Of a stretch of 64,000 nt of DNA, positions 48,880 through 57,198 are shown in pieces; position 1 is the stretch's first letter; each line of letters begins with the position of its first letter. The position numbers and the translations under genes were made by a program. Source of the stretch: an uncultured Candidatus Saccharibacteria bacterium (lineage in GTDB: Bacteria; Patescibacteriota; Saccharimonadia; Saccharimonadales; Saccharimonadaceae); the NCBI GenBank assembly GCA_947306055.1, contig CAMZFK010000001.1:10276-74275 (forward strand). Direction: 5' to 3'. The notes below the pieces were generated by a model, which saw nothing but the letters and a program-made list of their open reading frames with translations, did no database searches and was not told the DNA's origin.

Positions 48880-50124
48880 TTATAGTTCCTCCTTGTTATT
48901 TAAATACGGTCTTAGCACCTCTGGGACCTTAAACTTACCGTCTGGTGTTGCAAAATTTTCTAGCATCACTACAAGCGCCCGTGCCAAAGGAATCGCCGTA
49001 CCGTTCAAAGTGTGTACAAACTCTACCGTACCATCTTTGCGGCGCACGCGCACATTGCAAGCTCGCGCCTGAAAATCCGTACAATTCGAACACGAAGTAA
49101 TCTCCTGGTACTTCTGATTCACTGGCGACCAATATTCCATATCGTATTTCTTTGCCGCTGGCGCCCCAAGGTCACCGGCCGCAATATTGATTACATGATA
49201 TGGCACACCAAGCCCCTGCCAAATATCCTCTTCAATAGCCAGAATCTTCTCGTGAATCTCCTTGCTCTGCTCCGGCAAACAAAATACATACATTTCGAGC
49301 TTATTAAACTGATGCACACGGAAAAGCCCACGGGTATATTTACCATAAGTCCCCGCCTCTTTTCTAAAACATGCCGAATAGCCCGCATAAAATAGCGGCA
49401 GCTTATCCTCGTCGATGATCTCATCCATATGATAGCCAGTGAGCGGCATCTCGGCCGTCGCAATCATTGCAAGGTCTTCACCTTCGATGTAATATTCATC
49501 AGATTGATCCGACGTACGCGGATTAAATCCACATCCCTCGAGCACCCTCGACGACACCATATCTGGCACCGTCATAAAAGTAAACCCGTGTTCCAAAACT
49601 TTAGACAAACCATATTGTAAAAGCGCATTTTCAAGTAGTGCCAAGTCACCTTTAAGATAGTAAAACTTTGCCCCGGCAACCTTCGCGCCCCGTTCAAAAT
49701 CTACCCAATCCCGGCTCGTAGCATAATCAAGGTGGTCAACACCAGTCGTGTGATTCTCACCCCACTTCTTTACCTCTACGGAGCATTCCTCGCCCCCTAG
49801 CGGCACATCATCAAAAATCACATTTGGAATCTGCTTCAAGAGCTCGGTGATTTTATTTTCTAGCTCCGACAACTTTGCCTCGTCATCCGCAAGCTCAGCC
49901 TTAATCTGCTTGCCTTCTTCGATAAGTGCAGCATCAGGCTTGCCGCCTTTCATCTTGGCGGCAATTTCATTACGACGCTGTCTAGCAGACTCTACTACGA
50001 CAAGCACTTTTTTACGTTCGTCGTCTAGCTCTAATACCTCTTTAGGCTGGACCTTGTACCCCTTTTCTCGTGCGGACTTTTCCACAAGTGCGAGATTTTC
50101 TCTAATAAACTTCACATCTAACAT
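48880..50124 (-). CDS. serS: Serine--tRNA ligase
   Basis: MLDVKFIREN, TAEMP, CFRKEAG, RVHQFNKLE, EITSCSNC, HTLNGT. Confidence 0.98.
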   Translation of the reverse strand: MLDVKFIRENLALVEKSAREKGYKVQPKEVLELDDERKKVLVVVESARQRRNEIAAKMKGGKPDAALIEEGKQIKAELADDEAKLSELENKITELLKQIPNVIFDDVPLGGEECSVEVKKWGENHTTGVDHLDYATSRDWVDFERGAKVAGAKFYYLKGDLALLENALLQYGLSKVLEHGFTFMTVPDMVSSRVLEGCGFNPRTSDQSDEYYIEGEDLAMIATAEMPLTGYHMDEIIDEDKLPLFYAGYSACFRKEAGTYGKYTRGLFRVHQFNKLEMYVFCLPEQSKEIHEKILAIEEDIWQGLGVPYHVINIAAGDLGAPAAKKYDMEYWSPVNQKYQEITSCSNCTDFQARACNVRVRRKDGTVEFVHTLNGTAIPLARALVVMLENFATPDGKFKVPEVLRPYLNNKEEL

Positions 50125-50126
50125 AG

Positions 50127-50957
50127 TTACATTATAACACTTCTAAACAGTTTTTGATAATCCTTTATATGTAAATCCGATGGGCGCACATTCAAATCTA
50201 TGTCATTTTCATTAAAAATCCGCACTAATTCTTCTTTACTTTTTAAAGGCTCTAAATTATGAATCAATTTCTTCCTCGGCATCGAAAAAGCTAAATTTAT
50301 CAATTTAAACACCGACTCGTCCACTTCTGGAACGTGCGGCGTCAAAATTATTACCTGGCTATCGACCTTTGGCGGTGGAGTAAATTCATTTCTCAAAACC
50401 ACCGGCCCGAGTTCAACTTTAGCGCGATTTTTAACTTTAAGAGAAAGTACACTTTCTTTTTCATCCGCAATCCGCTCTGCTACCTCCTTCTGAATCAAAA
50501 GCACAATTTTCTCTGGTACATTTTCCGCCGTAATTAGCTTCTCTATAATTGGGCTAGTAATATAATATGGGATATTTCCCGCTACTACATATGGGGAAGC
50601 TATAGTCCCAAGGTCAAATTTCAAAAAATCCGCATTTATGACTTCTAAATTTTTTCCAGGAAATGACTTCGGTAAATTCTCCGCCAACCTCCGATCAAAT
50701 TCCACCGCAATCACTTTATCAAAGCGCTTTAAAAGCGACGAGGTAAGTGTCCCAAGCCCCGGCCCGATTTCAACAACAAGCGAGGGAGCGGTCGCGATGT
50801 GTTCTGCGGAACATGAAGACTTGGCCAGAGCGGCCCGGAGCGTGTCCGAAGGACACGCCGCGACCACTCCTTCGCTTGCGATTTTTGCAATCGTATCGAG
50901 TATCTCGCGATTTTTTAACCAATGTTGCCCTAAACTTTTATTATTTTTTAGTGCCAT
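50127..50957 (-). CDS. rsmA: 16S rRNA adenine dimethyltransferase RsmA/KsgA with an in-frame insertion
   Basis: KSLGQHWL, EIGPGLG, NIPYYITSPI, QKEVAER, FTPPPKVDS; downstream of a yabE-like gene. Confidence 0.93.
   Translation of the reverse strand: MALKNNKSLGQHWLKNREILDTIAKIASEGVVAACPSDTLRAALAKSSCSAEHIATAPSLVVEIGPGLGTLTSSLLKRFDKVIAVEFDRRLAENLPKSFPGKNLEVINADFLKFDLGTIASPYVVAGNIPYYITSPIIEKLITAENVPEKIVLLIQKEVAERIADEKESVLSLKVKNRAKVELGPVVLRNEFTPPPKVDSQVIILTPHVPEVDESVFKLINLAFSMPRKKLIHNLEPLKSKEELVRIFNENDIDLNVRPSDLHIKDYQKLFRSVIM
50777..50878. repeat. GC-rich palindromic element inside the rsmA coding sequence
   Basis: 20-bp inverted arms at 50777-50796 and 50859-50878 (18/20 complementary) enclosing hairpins TGTTC-TGCG-GAACA and CGTGTCC-GAA-GGACACG. 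Confidence 0.85.
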
Positions 50958-52039
50958 TAGCGTCCATTCTTATTAGTCCAGTCAGTCGCAAGATCAAACT
51001 GCTCTGGGTTGCTTTCGGCAAACGTACCAGTATCATAAACGCGCCCCGGCCCTAGGCTCGTCTCTACCACCGAACACCTCGGATAATAGTCAAGATTTGC
51101 CGCCACTAATACATAGCCGTCCATATCGACTTTTACGCCGTCTTCGCGCACTACATATTCGCCCTTGACGCCACAAAACATCGCTGCTCGCTCCATTACT
51201 AGCCCCATCGGCAAATCATAATAAGTCTCTTGTCTCTCTATTATCCTACCATCTTCCTTATGTACAGTATAAATATTTCTGCCCCTACGCGCCGTAAGCG
51301 GAGTCCTCTCAATTTCAGACGCACCCACAGCAATAATTCTAGTCACCGGTTCTTTTGTGATTGTCTCCGACACCAATTCCCTCGAAGCCTCTTTGCCATC
51401 ATTATAAAGCACATTATATACGGATGTTTTTATCCCAACCTCACCATATTGACGCACTTCACGCGTACCAGGCTCAAGGTTATAATCTTTAACTAGCTCT
51501 TCGTCAAACATAATCTCGTTTTCTTCTGTCACCTGCCTACCGCCACTTCGCTTAATCTCATAAACGCTCGCTGCCCCCATCTCCAAAAAATTTGTATTCG
51601 GCACCATTTTGACTTCATCACCATCATAAATAGTCATTTTAGCCATCTTAGCTATCTGTTTTACATCATAACTCGCGGTCATTACATATTTAGTCACTTT
51701 TCCATCAATGAGCACCACGGGACGCGCCCTGTAAATATTCACATAAAAAGTACCATCGATCACCGTATCTAGACTAGGCTCTACTATATCCGTCGGCTCC
51801 ACCGAAATATTAGCCCTAAGAAGCGCCTCTTTCACGGTCGTCTCTTTCGTCTTAACAGTCAATTTCTTACCATCATCATAAAAAGTCACAAAATACTCGT
51901 CCGATTCCTTATATACCCCCTCTGTTTCAGCGTAAGTCTTATTATTAATATTTTTCATAAAAAATACAGTAAAAAACATCGCTAAGATAAACGTAGTTAT
52001 AAGAACAAGAGCCTTATCGACTCGTCTCGCAAGTTTCAT
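50957..52039 (-). CDS. YabE/RpfB-like cell-wall protein (DUF348 repeats, G5 domain, C-terminal 3D-like domain)
   Basis: TM; TVKEALLRANI...DIVEPSLD; G5-like EVRQYGEVG...EPVTRIIAVG; VYDTG...FDL. Confidence 0.8.
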   Translation of the reverse strand: MKLARRVDKALVLITTFILAMFFTVFFMKNINNKTYAETEGVYKESDEYFVTFYDDGKKLTVKTKETTVKEALLRANISVEPTDIVEPSLDTVIDGTFYVNIYRARPVVLIDGKVTKYVMTASYDVKQIAKMAKMTIYDGDEVKMVPNTNFLEMGAASVYEIKRSGGRQVTEENEIMFDEELVKDYNLEPGTREVRQYGEVGIKTSVYNVLYNDGKEASRELVSETITKEPVTRIIAVGASEIERTPLTARRGRNIYTVHKEDGRIIERQETYYDLPMGLVMERAAMFCGVKGEYVVREDGVKVDMDGYVLVAANLDYYPRCSVVETSLGPGRVYDTGTFAESNPEQFDLATDWTNKNGR

Positions 52040-52073
52040 GTTTCCATTATAGCACACCTTATCCCGCTAATGC

Positions 52074-52219
52074 AAAAAATAAACCTAAAATCGCATTACG
52101 ATATTAGGTTTAACAGATCCCAATTTCTAGGTGGACAAGCCAAAAGCAACTCTACGCTCTCCACCCTCATAAAACTCTATTCGTTCTGACCTCTCTCAAC
52201 GATGATTGGCCCGAACTTA
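52074..52219 (-). ncRNA. Candidate standalone structured sRNA, possibly 6S RNA
   Basis: Promoter TTGACA-16-TAAAAT with TG extension (52225-52252), no ORF, rod-like self-complementarity, 3' hairpin and T run. Confidence 0.45.
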
Positions 52220-52405
52220 ATTTTATTTTAGCATAGGCACATTCTGTGTCAATATTGATTTTTGAGATTTTTGATGTCATAATATTACTTGACAAATTCA
52301 CAAATTATTAGGTATTAAAATTACCCCTTAAAAATCCTCTTAAACTCCCCAATTCCTTTTCAACAATACGTTAAATCACGTTCAACTTGTGCTATAATAA
52401 ATGGC

Positions 52406-53026
52406 ATGAATTGGAGGAAATGGCTAGACGAGTTTGTCTTGGCATCAAAAGGCGTCTTACTCGCCACCAAAGAGCGGCGTTTTCGATGCGGTTTTATCAT
52501 TACTTTTCTGTTTTTCGGGGTTTTGCTAAATCTCCTCTCTGGCGGTTTTGCTAAATTCGACCTAATGGCTGCCAGCGGATTCTCTGGCACCATCAAAATT
52601 CTTGGCGATGCCTTTATTGGAGTCTTTGGCGTCAACAAAATCTTCCTAGAATGGCTCCCGATCTTTCTGATTTCCTTACTCCAAGGCATCCTAATCGGTC
52701 TCATCGTACTTCTCTGGCACAAAAAACGCACCGACGGCTCCAAAAATTCCGAAAACATCGAAAAAGCCAGTATTATCACCGGGCTCATCGCACTCGGCGC
52801 AGGCTGTCCCACTTGTGGCACCACCTTACTCACTCCACTATTTGGCGCTATTTTTTCCACAAGCGGCCTCGCCATCACCGGAGCTGTCTCCACTATCATT
52901 ACTATCCTAGCTATCATTATCGCTATCCTCTCCCTAAAACGTCTCGGTCTAGAAACATATGTTATAATAGTAAATGAAAAATATCTCTCTAAAAAGACGA
53001 AGGATTCAAATGCGAAAAATCTTTAG
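52406..53026 (+). CDS. Integral membrane protein with CxxC (CPTC) motif
   Basis: About four TM helices; GAGCPTCGTT; TGCTATAAT 7 nt before ATG. Confidence 0.8.
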   Translation: MNWRKWLDEFVLASKGVLLATKERRFRCGFIITFLFFGVLLNLLSGGFAKFDLMAASGFSGTIKILGDAFIGVFGVNKIFLEWLPIFLISLLQGILIGLIVLLWHKKRTDGSKNSENIEKASIITGLIALGAGCPTCGTTLLTPLFGAIFSTSGLAITGAVSTIITILAIIIAILSLKRLGLETYVIIVNEKYLSKKTKDSNAKNL

Positions 53027-53702
53027 AATTGGAGCAATTTGTGCTATTATTTGCATAATTTTTGCCGCCATCATCTCCAGCGTTACCGCCAAAACACCAA
53101 ATTCCGAAAAAATCTGGGACCAAGACATGACCATTGGCAATATAGACGCCAAAAATTATTTTATTATTTATTCAGATATAGCCTGCCCATATTGTGTCGC
53201 ATTTGAAAATGCCATCATCGAGCATGAAGAAGATTTTAAAAAATATATTGAGGAAAAGGATATTCTCATAGAAGTTCGCTTATCAGATTTCCTATACGAA
53301 TACGGTGAGACGCACCCAATTTCATCTAGATACAGTGCCGAAGCCGTCTATTGCGCCAAAAAAGAAGGCAAATTCTGGGACTACTACAATTTAGCCATCA
53401 CCGAAGTATGGGCTAACTTCTTCCGAGATTTCGGCAAGGGCGGCTTCGACAAGCTCAATAAGCTCGGCAAAGATTATTGGATCGATCTAGGCAAAAATGT
53501 CGGACTCGGCGACGACTTCGCTTCTTGTGTTAATAGTGACGAACCGCTAAAAGAAATCGTCAATATCGCCGCCAAAACCACCAAATTTATCCATGGCATG
53601 CCATATTTCAAATTTAATAATTACGTTAGCTCCGGTTTTGACCTCAGTTGGGGCTACGAATATGTGCTAATGTATTTCAACGCCGGTCTATCCGAAAGAT
53701 AA
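53010..53702 (+). CDS. Membrane-anchored DsbA-family thioredoxin-fold protein
   Basis: TM; IGNIDAK...YSDIACPYC, AEAVYCA...KFWDY, cis-Pro loop GMPYF. Confidence 0.85.
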   Translation: MRKIFRIGAICAIICIIFAAIISSVTAKTPNSEKIWDQDMTIGNIDAKNYFIIYSDIACPYCVAFENAIIEHEEDFKKYIEEKDILIEVRLSDFLYEYGETHPISSRYSAEAVYCAKKEGKFWDYYNLAITEVWANFFRDFGKGGFDKLNKLGKDYWIDLGKNVGLGDDFASCVNSDEPLKEIVNIAAKTTKFIHGMPYFKFNNYVSSGFDLSWGYEYVLMYFNAGLSER

Positions 53703-53704
53703 CC

Positions 53705-54259
53705 ATGCGAGACCATCTTCTTTCACAACACTTCCTTAGAAGCCCTCGCCTTGCGCTCATCTTAATTGGCCATTCAAATCTTAAAAAACACGATCTCGTC
53801 ATCGAAATCGGTGCCGGCTCCGGCGTCATCACTAGCGCCTTATCCCATCGCGTTAAAAAAGTCATTGCCATCGAAAAAGATCATGAGACCGCAACAAAGC
53901 TTCGTCTAAATCTCAAAAATCGCAATATCGAAAACGTCGAAATTATCGAGGATGATTTTTTAAATGTAGATTTACCGGACACTCCATACAAAGTTTTTTC
54001 CAATCCTCCTTTTTCTCTTAGCTCTGCTATTATTCGTAAACTAATCGAAGCGCCTAACCCGCCAGAATCTTTTTACCTCATCCTACAAAAACAACTCGCC
54101 CTAAAACTTATCAACACCGACAGACACTACACCTCCCAGCTCGGTCTAGAGCTAATCCAGAAATACCAGACCAAAATCCGCCTCCCCCTCAAGCCGACAG
54201 ATTTCACCCCACCACCAGCAGTCCCAACGGTATTATTCGAGGCAAAAAAGATTAATTAA
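53705..54259 (+). CDS. Second rRNA adenine methyltransferase (Erm/KsgA family), lacking the C-terminal domain
   Basis: SQHFL, IEIGAGSG, AIEKD, VFSNPPF, DFTPPP; 184 aa from ATG 53705. Confidence 0.82.
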   Translation: MRDHLLSQHFLRSPRLALILIGHSNLKKHDLVIEIGAGSGVITSALSHRVKKVIAIEKDHETATKLRLNLKNRNIENVEIIEDDFLNVDLPDTPYKVFSNPPFSLSSAIIRKLIEAPNPPESFYLILQKQLALKLINTDRHYTSQLGLELIQKYQTKIRLPLKPTDFTPPPAVPTVLFEAKKIN

Positions 54260-55523
54260 ACTCTCTGATTTCGTAACTGCCGTTTTTGATTTCTTCTTCA
54301 CCGAGTACAATGCCTCTCTTGGCAATATTTGCAGCGTATTTTAGCTTGTCACCAAGCTTTTTATCGCTCGCTACCACCGTCACAGATTCGCCTTTATTGC
54401 GAAAGTCCTTCGCCATTCTTATAGCAAATTCTATCTCATTATCAGTTACCGGGATTAGCGCATAATCAATCGTCTTCTCTTCTTGACTTTTTACCAAATT
54501 ATTTTCATTTAGAACATAAAATAGTCTCGTAAGTCCAATCGAGCCTCCTACTCCAGGGAATTTCTGCTCAGTGAAATATCCTGTGAGATTTTCGTAACGA
54601 CCGCCACCACACACCGAGCCAATCTGTCTGTATTCCGGCAATATAAATTCAAATACCGTACCGGTGTAATAGTCTAAACCGCGGACAATCTTCATATCAG
54701 CTTCGATTTGCTTCTTAAGTTCATCAAATTCGAGCATCTCCATCACAAGGTCAAGCTCATCTACGCCAGCATTAAAAGTCTCATTTTTAATGCTAAGGCC
54801 ACGAAGATTCTTCACGACGAACTCTCTATCGCCATGCAAATTAATAAACGCTCTCAACTTTGCCACCGTCTTCTCACCCAGGCCAATTTCCATCAAGGCA
54901 TCTCTCGTCACTTCAGGAGCGACCTTCTCGGCATGGTCAATAATACCAAAAATATCTTCAGATTTATCAGAAATATTTAGCTCTTCAAGAAGACCAGTCA
55001 AAATCTTCCGGTTATTTATGCGTGCAAGTACCGGCGTACCAAGTTTAAATTCCGAAAAAGCCGCGAGCAAAGTCGAAATCACATCAGCATCATAATAAAT
55101 CGGCAGTTGCCCACGTCCAATCACATCTATATCACACTGATAAAAATCCCTGAAACGCCCTTTTTGCGCTCTTTCCCCTCTAAAACTCTCGCCAATCTGC
55201 GACACCTTAAATGGAAAACTCAAATCCTGTTCGTGCTCCACTACATATCTTGCAAGAGGCACAGTATGGTCAAACCTGAGTGCCTGGCTGGCCTCCTCTA
55301 CGCTTTCAGCCGTCTTCACTACCTTATAAATCTGCTTTTCCGTATCGCCGCCAGCCTTCGCGAGTAGAATTTCACATCTCTCGATTGTCGGCGTTTCAAT
55401 ATTCAAGAATCCATGCGAATGATAAACTTCACTTAAAGTATTTTTAAGTTTATTAAAAGTCGCCTGTGCCGCTGGTAAAAGCTCTTGCGTACCAGAAATC
55501 GGTGATGTATTAATTCTTTTCAT
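54252..55523 (-). CDS. hisS: Histidine--tRNA ligase
   Basis: LRFDHTVPLARY, FRGERAQKGRFRDFYQCD, RGLDYYTG, GGGRYE. Confidence 0.98.
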   Translation of the reverse strand: MKRINTSPISGTQELLPAAQATFNKLKNTLSEVYHSHGFLNIETPTIERCEILLAKAGGDTEKQIYKVVKTAESVEEASQALRFDHTVPLARYVVEHEQDLSFPFKVSQIGESFRGERAQKGRFRDFYQCDIDVIGRGQLPIYYDADVISTLLAAFSEFKLGTPVLARINNRKILTGLLEELNISDKSEDIFGIIDHAEKVAPEVTRDALMEIGLGEKTVAKLRAFINLHGDREFVVKNLRGLSIKNETFNAGVDELDLVMEMLEFDELKKQIEADMKIVRGLDYYTGTVFEFILPEYRQIGSVCGGGRYENLTGYFTEQKFPGVGGSIGLTRLFYVLNENNLVKSQEEKTIDYALIPVTDNEIEFAIRMAKDFRNKGESVTVVASDKKLGDKLKYAANIAKRGIVLGEEEIKNGSYEIREFN

Positions 55524-55551
55524 ATTCTTATTATATCATACATATCAAAAC

Positions 55552-55580
55552 TTGACCATTTATTATGTTTATGATATAAT
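55552..55580 (+). promoter_or_regulatory. Sigma70 promoter
   Basis: TTGACC-17-TATAAT with TG extension. Confidence 0.75.
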
Positions 55581-55638
55581 TAAAAGATAACGCTGTTTTT
55601 TTGCGTTAAAAAACGCACCTTAAGGAGGGTAATAGTAC

Positions 55639-56142
55639 ATGAGGAGTAGAAAAAGCAACAAAATAAGCGCCGAAAGAAGATGTTTTTTAGAAGAGGAATT
55701 TGAAGAACTACAGGAACGCGTAAGTAATCCGCACATAAAAGGCGATGTTGCAAACGACACTCAAAAAGAGGTGGAAAAATACCTCAAGGAGTTTTTGATG
55801 GCCGGGTTTAATGCTACCCGTGTTTCGGGTCTACTTTCTTGCGAAAATAGGCTCAAGCATCGTCGGCTCCTAACGGAGTACAAGGCAAAGATCAACATAG
55901 TCGCCAATGTACGGAAGGCTGGTCGTGATTTTCTACAGAAAAATTGGGACAAACTGATCCAGTTGAAAGGCATCACGACTAATCTACTTGCAGAAGCTTT
56001 CATCGGCGACAAACCCGTTGTATCAATCAATGACCTCAACTTCTTGATTCAGAAAGGAGTAAGCGAGGACATCCTTTTCAATGGAACCATCGAATTAAAA
56101 GAGTCCCTCGAAGAAATTGAGGCAATCAAAAATGTTTCATAA
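55639..56142 (+). CDS. Hypothetical helical protein (167 aa)
   Basis: Own promoter, AAGGAGG RBS and terminator (about 56143-56178). Confidence 0.78.
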   Translation: MRSRKSNKISAERRCFLEEEFEELQERVSNPHIKGDVANDTQKEVEKYLKEFLMAGFNATRVSGLLSCENRLKHRRLLTEYKAKINIVANVRKAGRDFLQKNWDKLIQLKGITTNLLAEAFIGDKPVVSINDLNFLIQKGVSEDILFNGTIELKESLEEIEAIKNVS

Positions 56143-56237
56143 AAAAATCCCCCGAGTAGCTTTTACTCGGGGAATTTTATTTCTAATCATCCATCTAGGG
56201 AAATAAAATAAGCCCTGAAGGGCTTCTTTTATTTCCC

Positions 56238-56314
56238 TGGTGGGCGATACAGGAGTCGAACCTGTGACCTTGTCTACGTCAAAGACACGCTCTAGCCAAC
56301 TGAGCTAACCGCCC
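56238..56314 (-). tRNA. tRNA-Val(GAC)
   Basis: GGGCGGTTAGCTCAG...TGTCT-TTGACGT-AGACA...GGTTCGACTCC...CCA. Confidence 0.96.
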
Positions 56315-56321
56315 AGAATTC

Positions 56322-56410
56322 CGTTGGTGAGGACAAATTTCGCTTCGCGAAATTTTAACTCACCGGCGCTTATTCGAAAAATAAAGCGAGCTTTATTTTT
56401 GCTCATAAGC
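56322..56410. repeat. Two long palindromes in the tRNA-Lys/tRNA-Val spacer
   Basis: GGTGAG..AAATTTCGC-TTC-GCGAAATTT..CTCACC and GCTTAT..AAAAATAAAGC-GA-GCTTTATTTTT..ATAAGC. Confidence 0.75.
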
Positions 56411-56411
56411 T

Positions 56412-56488
56412 TGGTGAGTCGGGAGGGGCTCGAACCCTCGACACCGGGCTTAAAAGGCCCGTGCTCTAACCTGCTGAGCTACCGACCC
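56412..56488 (-). tRNA. tRNA-Lys(TTT)
   Basis: GGGTCGGTAGCTCAG...CGGGC-CTTTTAA-GCCCG...GGTTCGAGCCC...CCA. Confidence 0.96.
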
Positions 56489-56570
56489 GAATTATAAATC
56501 ACGCACGGGAATAACGCCCGCTCAAATCATTATAACACATTTCTTAGAAAAAAGTAGACTTTTTCTAAAC

Positions 56571-56599
56571 TTGACAAATATACTAACTCGTGCCATAAT
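56571..56599 (+). promoter_or_regulatory. Sigma70 promoter
   Basis: TTGACA-17-CATAAT with TG extension. Confidence 0.72.
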
Positions 56600-56655
56600 T
56601 AAAAGAGTAGTGTTCCCATAGTGGGGACATAGTTTTTTATCAAGGAGGATGAGTT

Positions 56656-57093
56656 ATGGAAGCAATCATTACCCATGAAAACGTACAGATCATGTTGGAT
56701 AAACAGCCTCGCTCATTTATTAAGGAGCACTGGGGAGAGTTTGTCGAATGTGGCATCAAACCCAACACACTCGCTGTGAGATGTTTCTCTGGCGATAAAC
56801 TACTATGGAACTCCACCGAGATCAAGTTCTTACTCGAAAGAGAAGTCGAAGCAAACACTGTGTTTGTTCTTTCTCTGGTAATGCTTGATCTTAATGTCAG
56901 CTGGCCAAAAGAGCTACGAAATGTGTTCAAAATAATGTATCTCTACGGCCTGCCGACGAAAACCATCGATGGCTGGCTCAAGGATCACGTGTCAAATGAG
57001 CTCCTGATTCAGGACATCTTGTCCGAAGAGGGCGGCGAAGCTTGGAGGAAACTCGGAATAAAAACAAGCGAGTATGCTAAGTACGCCACCTAA
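56656..57093 (+). CDS. Hypothetical protein (145 aa), paralog of 55639..56142
   Basis: AAGGAGG RBS, terminator at about 57105-57142, shared sequence block with the upstream orphan. Confidence 0.78.
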   Translation: MEAIITHENVQIMLDKQPRSFIKEHWGEFVECGIKPNTLAVRCFSGDKLLWNSTEIKFLLEREVEANTVFVLSLVMLDLNVSWPKELRNVFKIMYLYGLPTKTIDGWLKDHVSNELLIQDILSEEGGEAWRKLGIKTSEYAKYAT

Positions 57094-57198
57094 CACATCA
57101 CCTTTTAAAAAAGTCCTCAGCAGCAACCGAGGACTTTTTAAACTCTAAACTATATTTATGGTTGCTTTTATTTAAAAAGTATTGTATAATTATAATCC

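Noticed and set aside
52074..52219. c-di-AMP (ydaO) riboswitch or T-box upstream of the yabE-like gene
   Set aside because: Consensus motifs were not found, and the gene has its own -10 box downstream of the terminator
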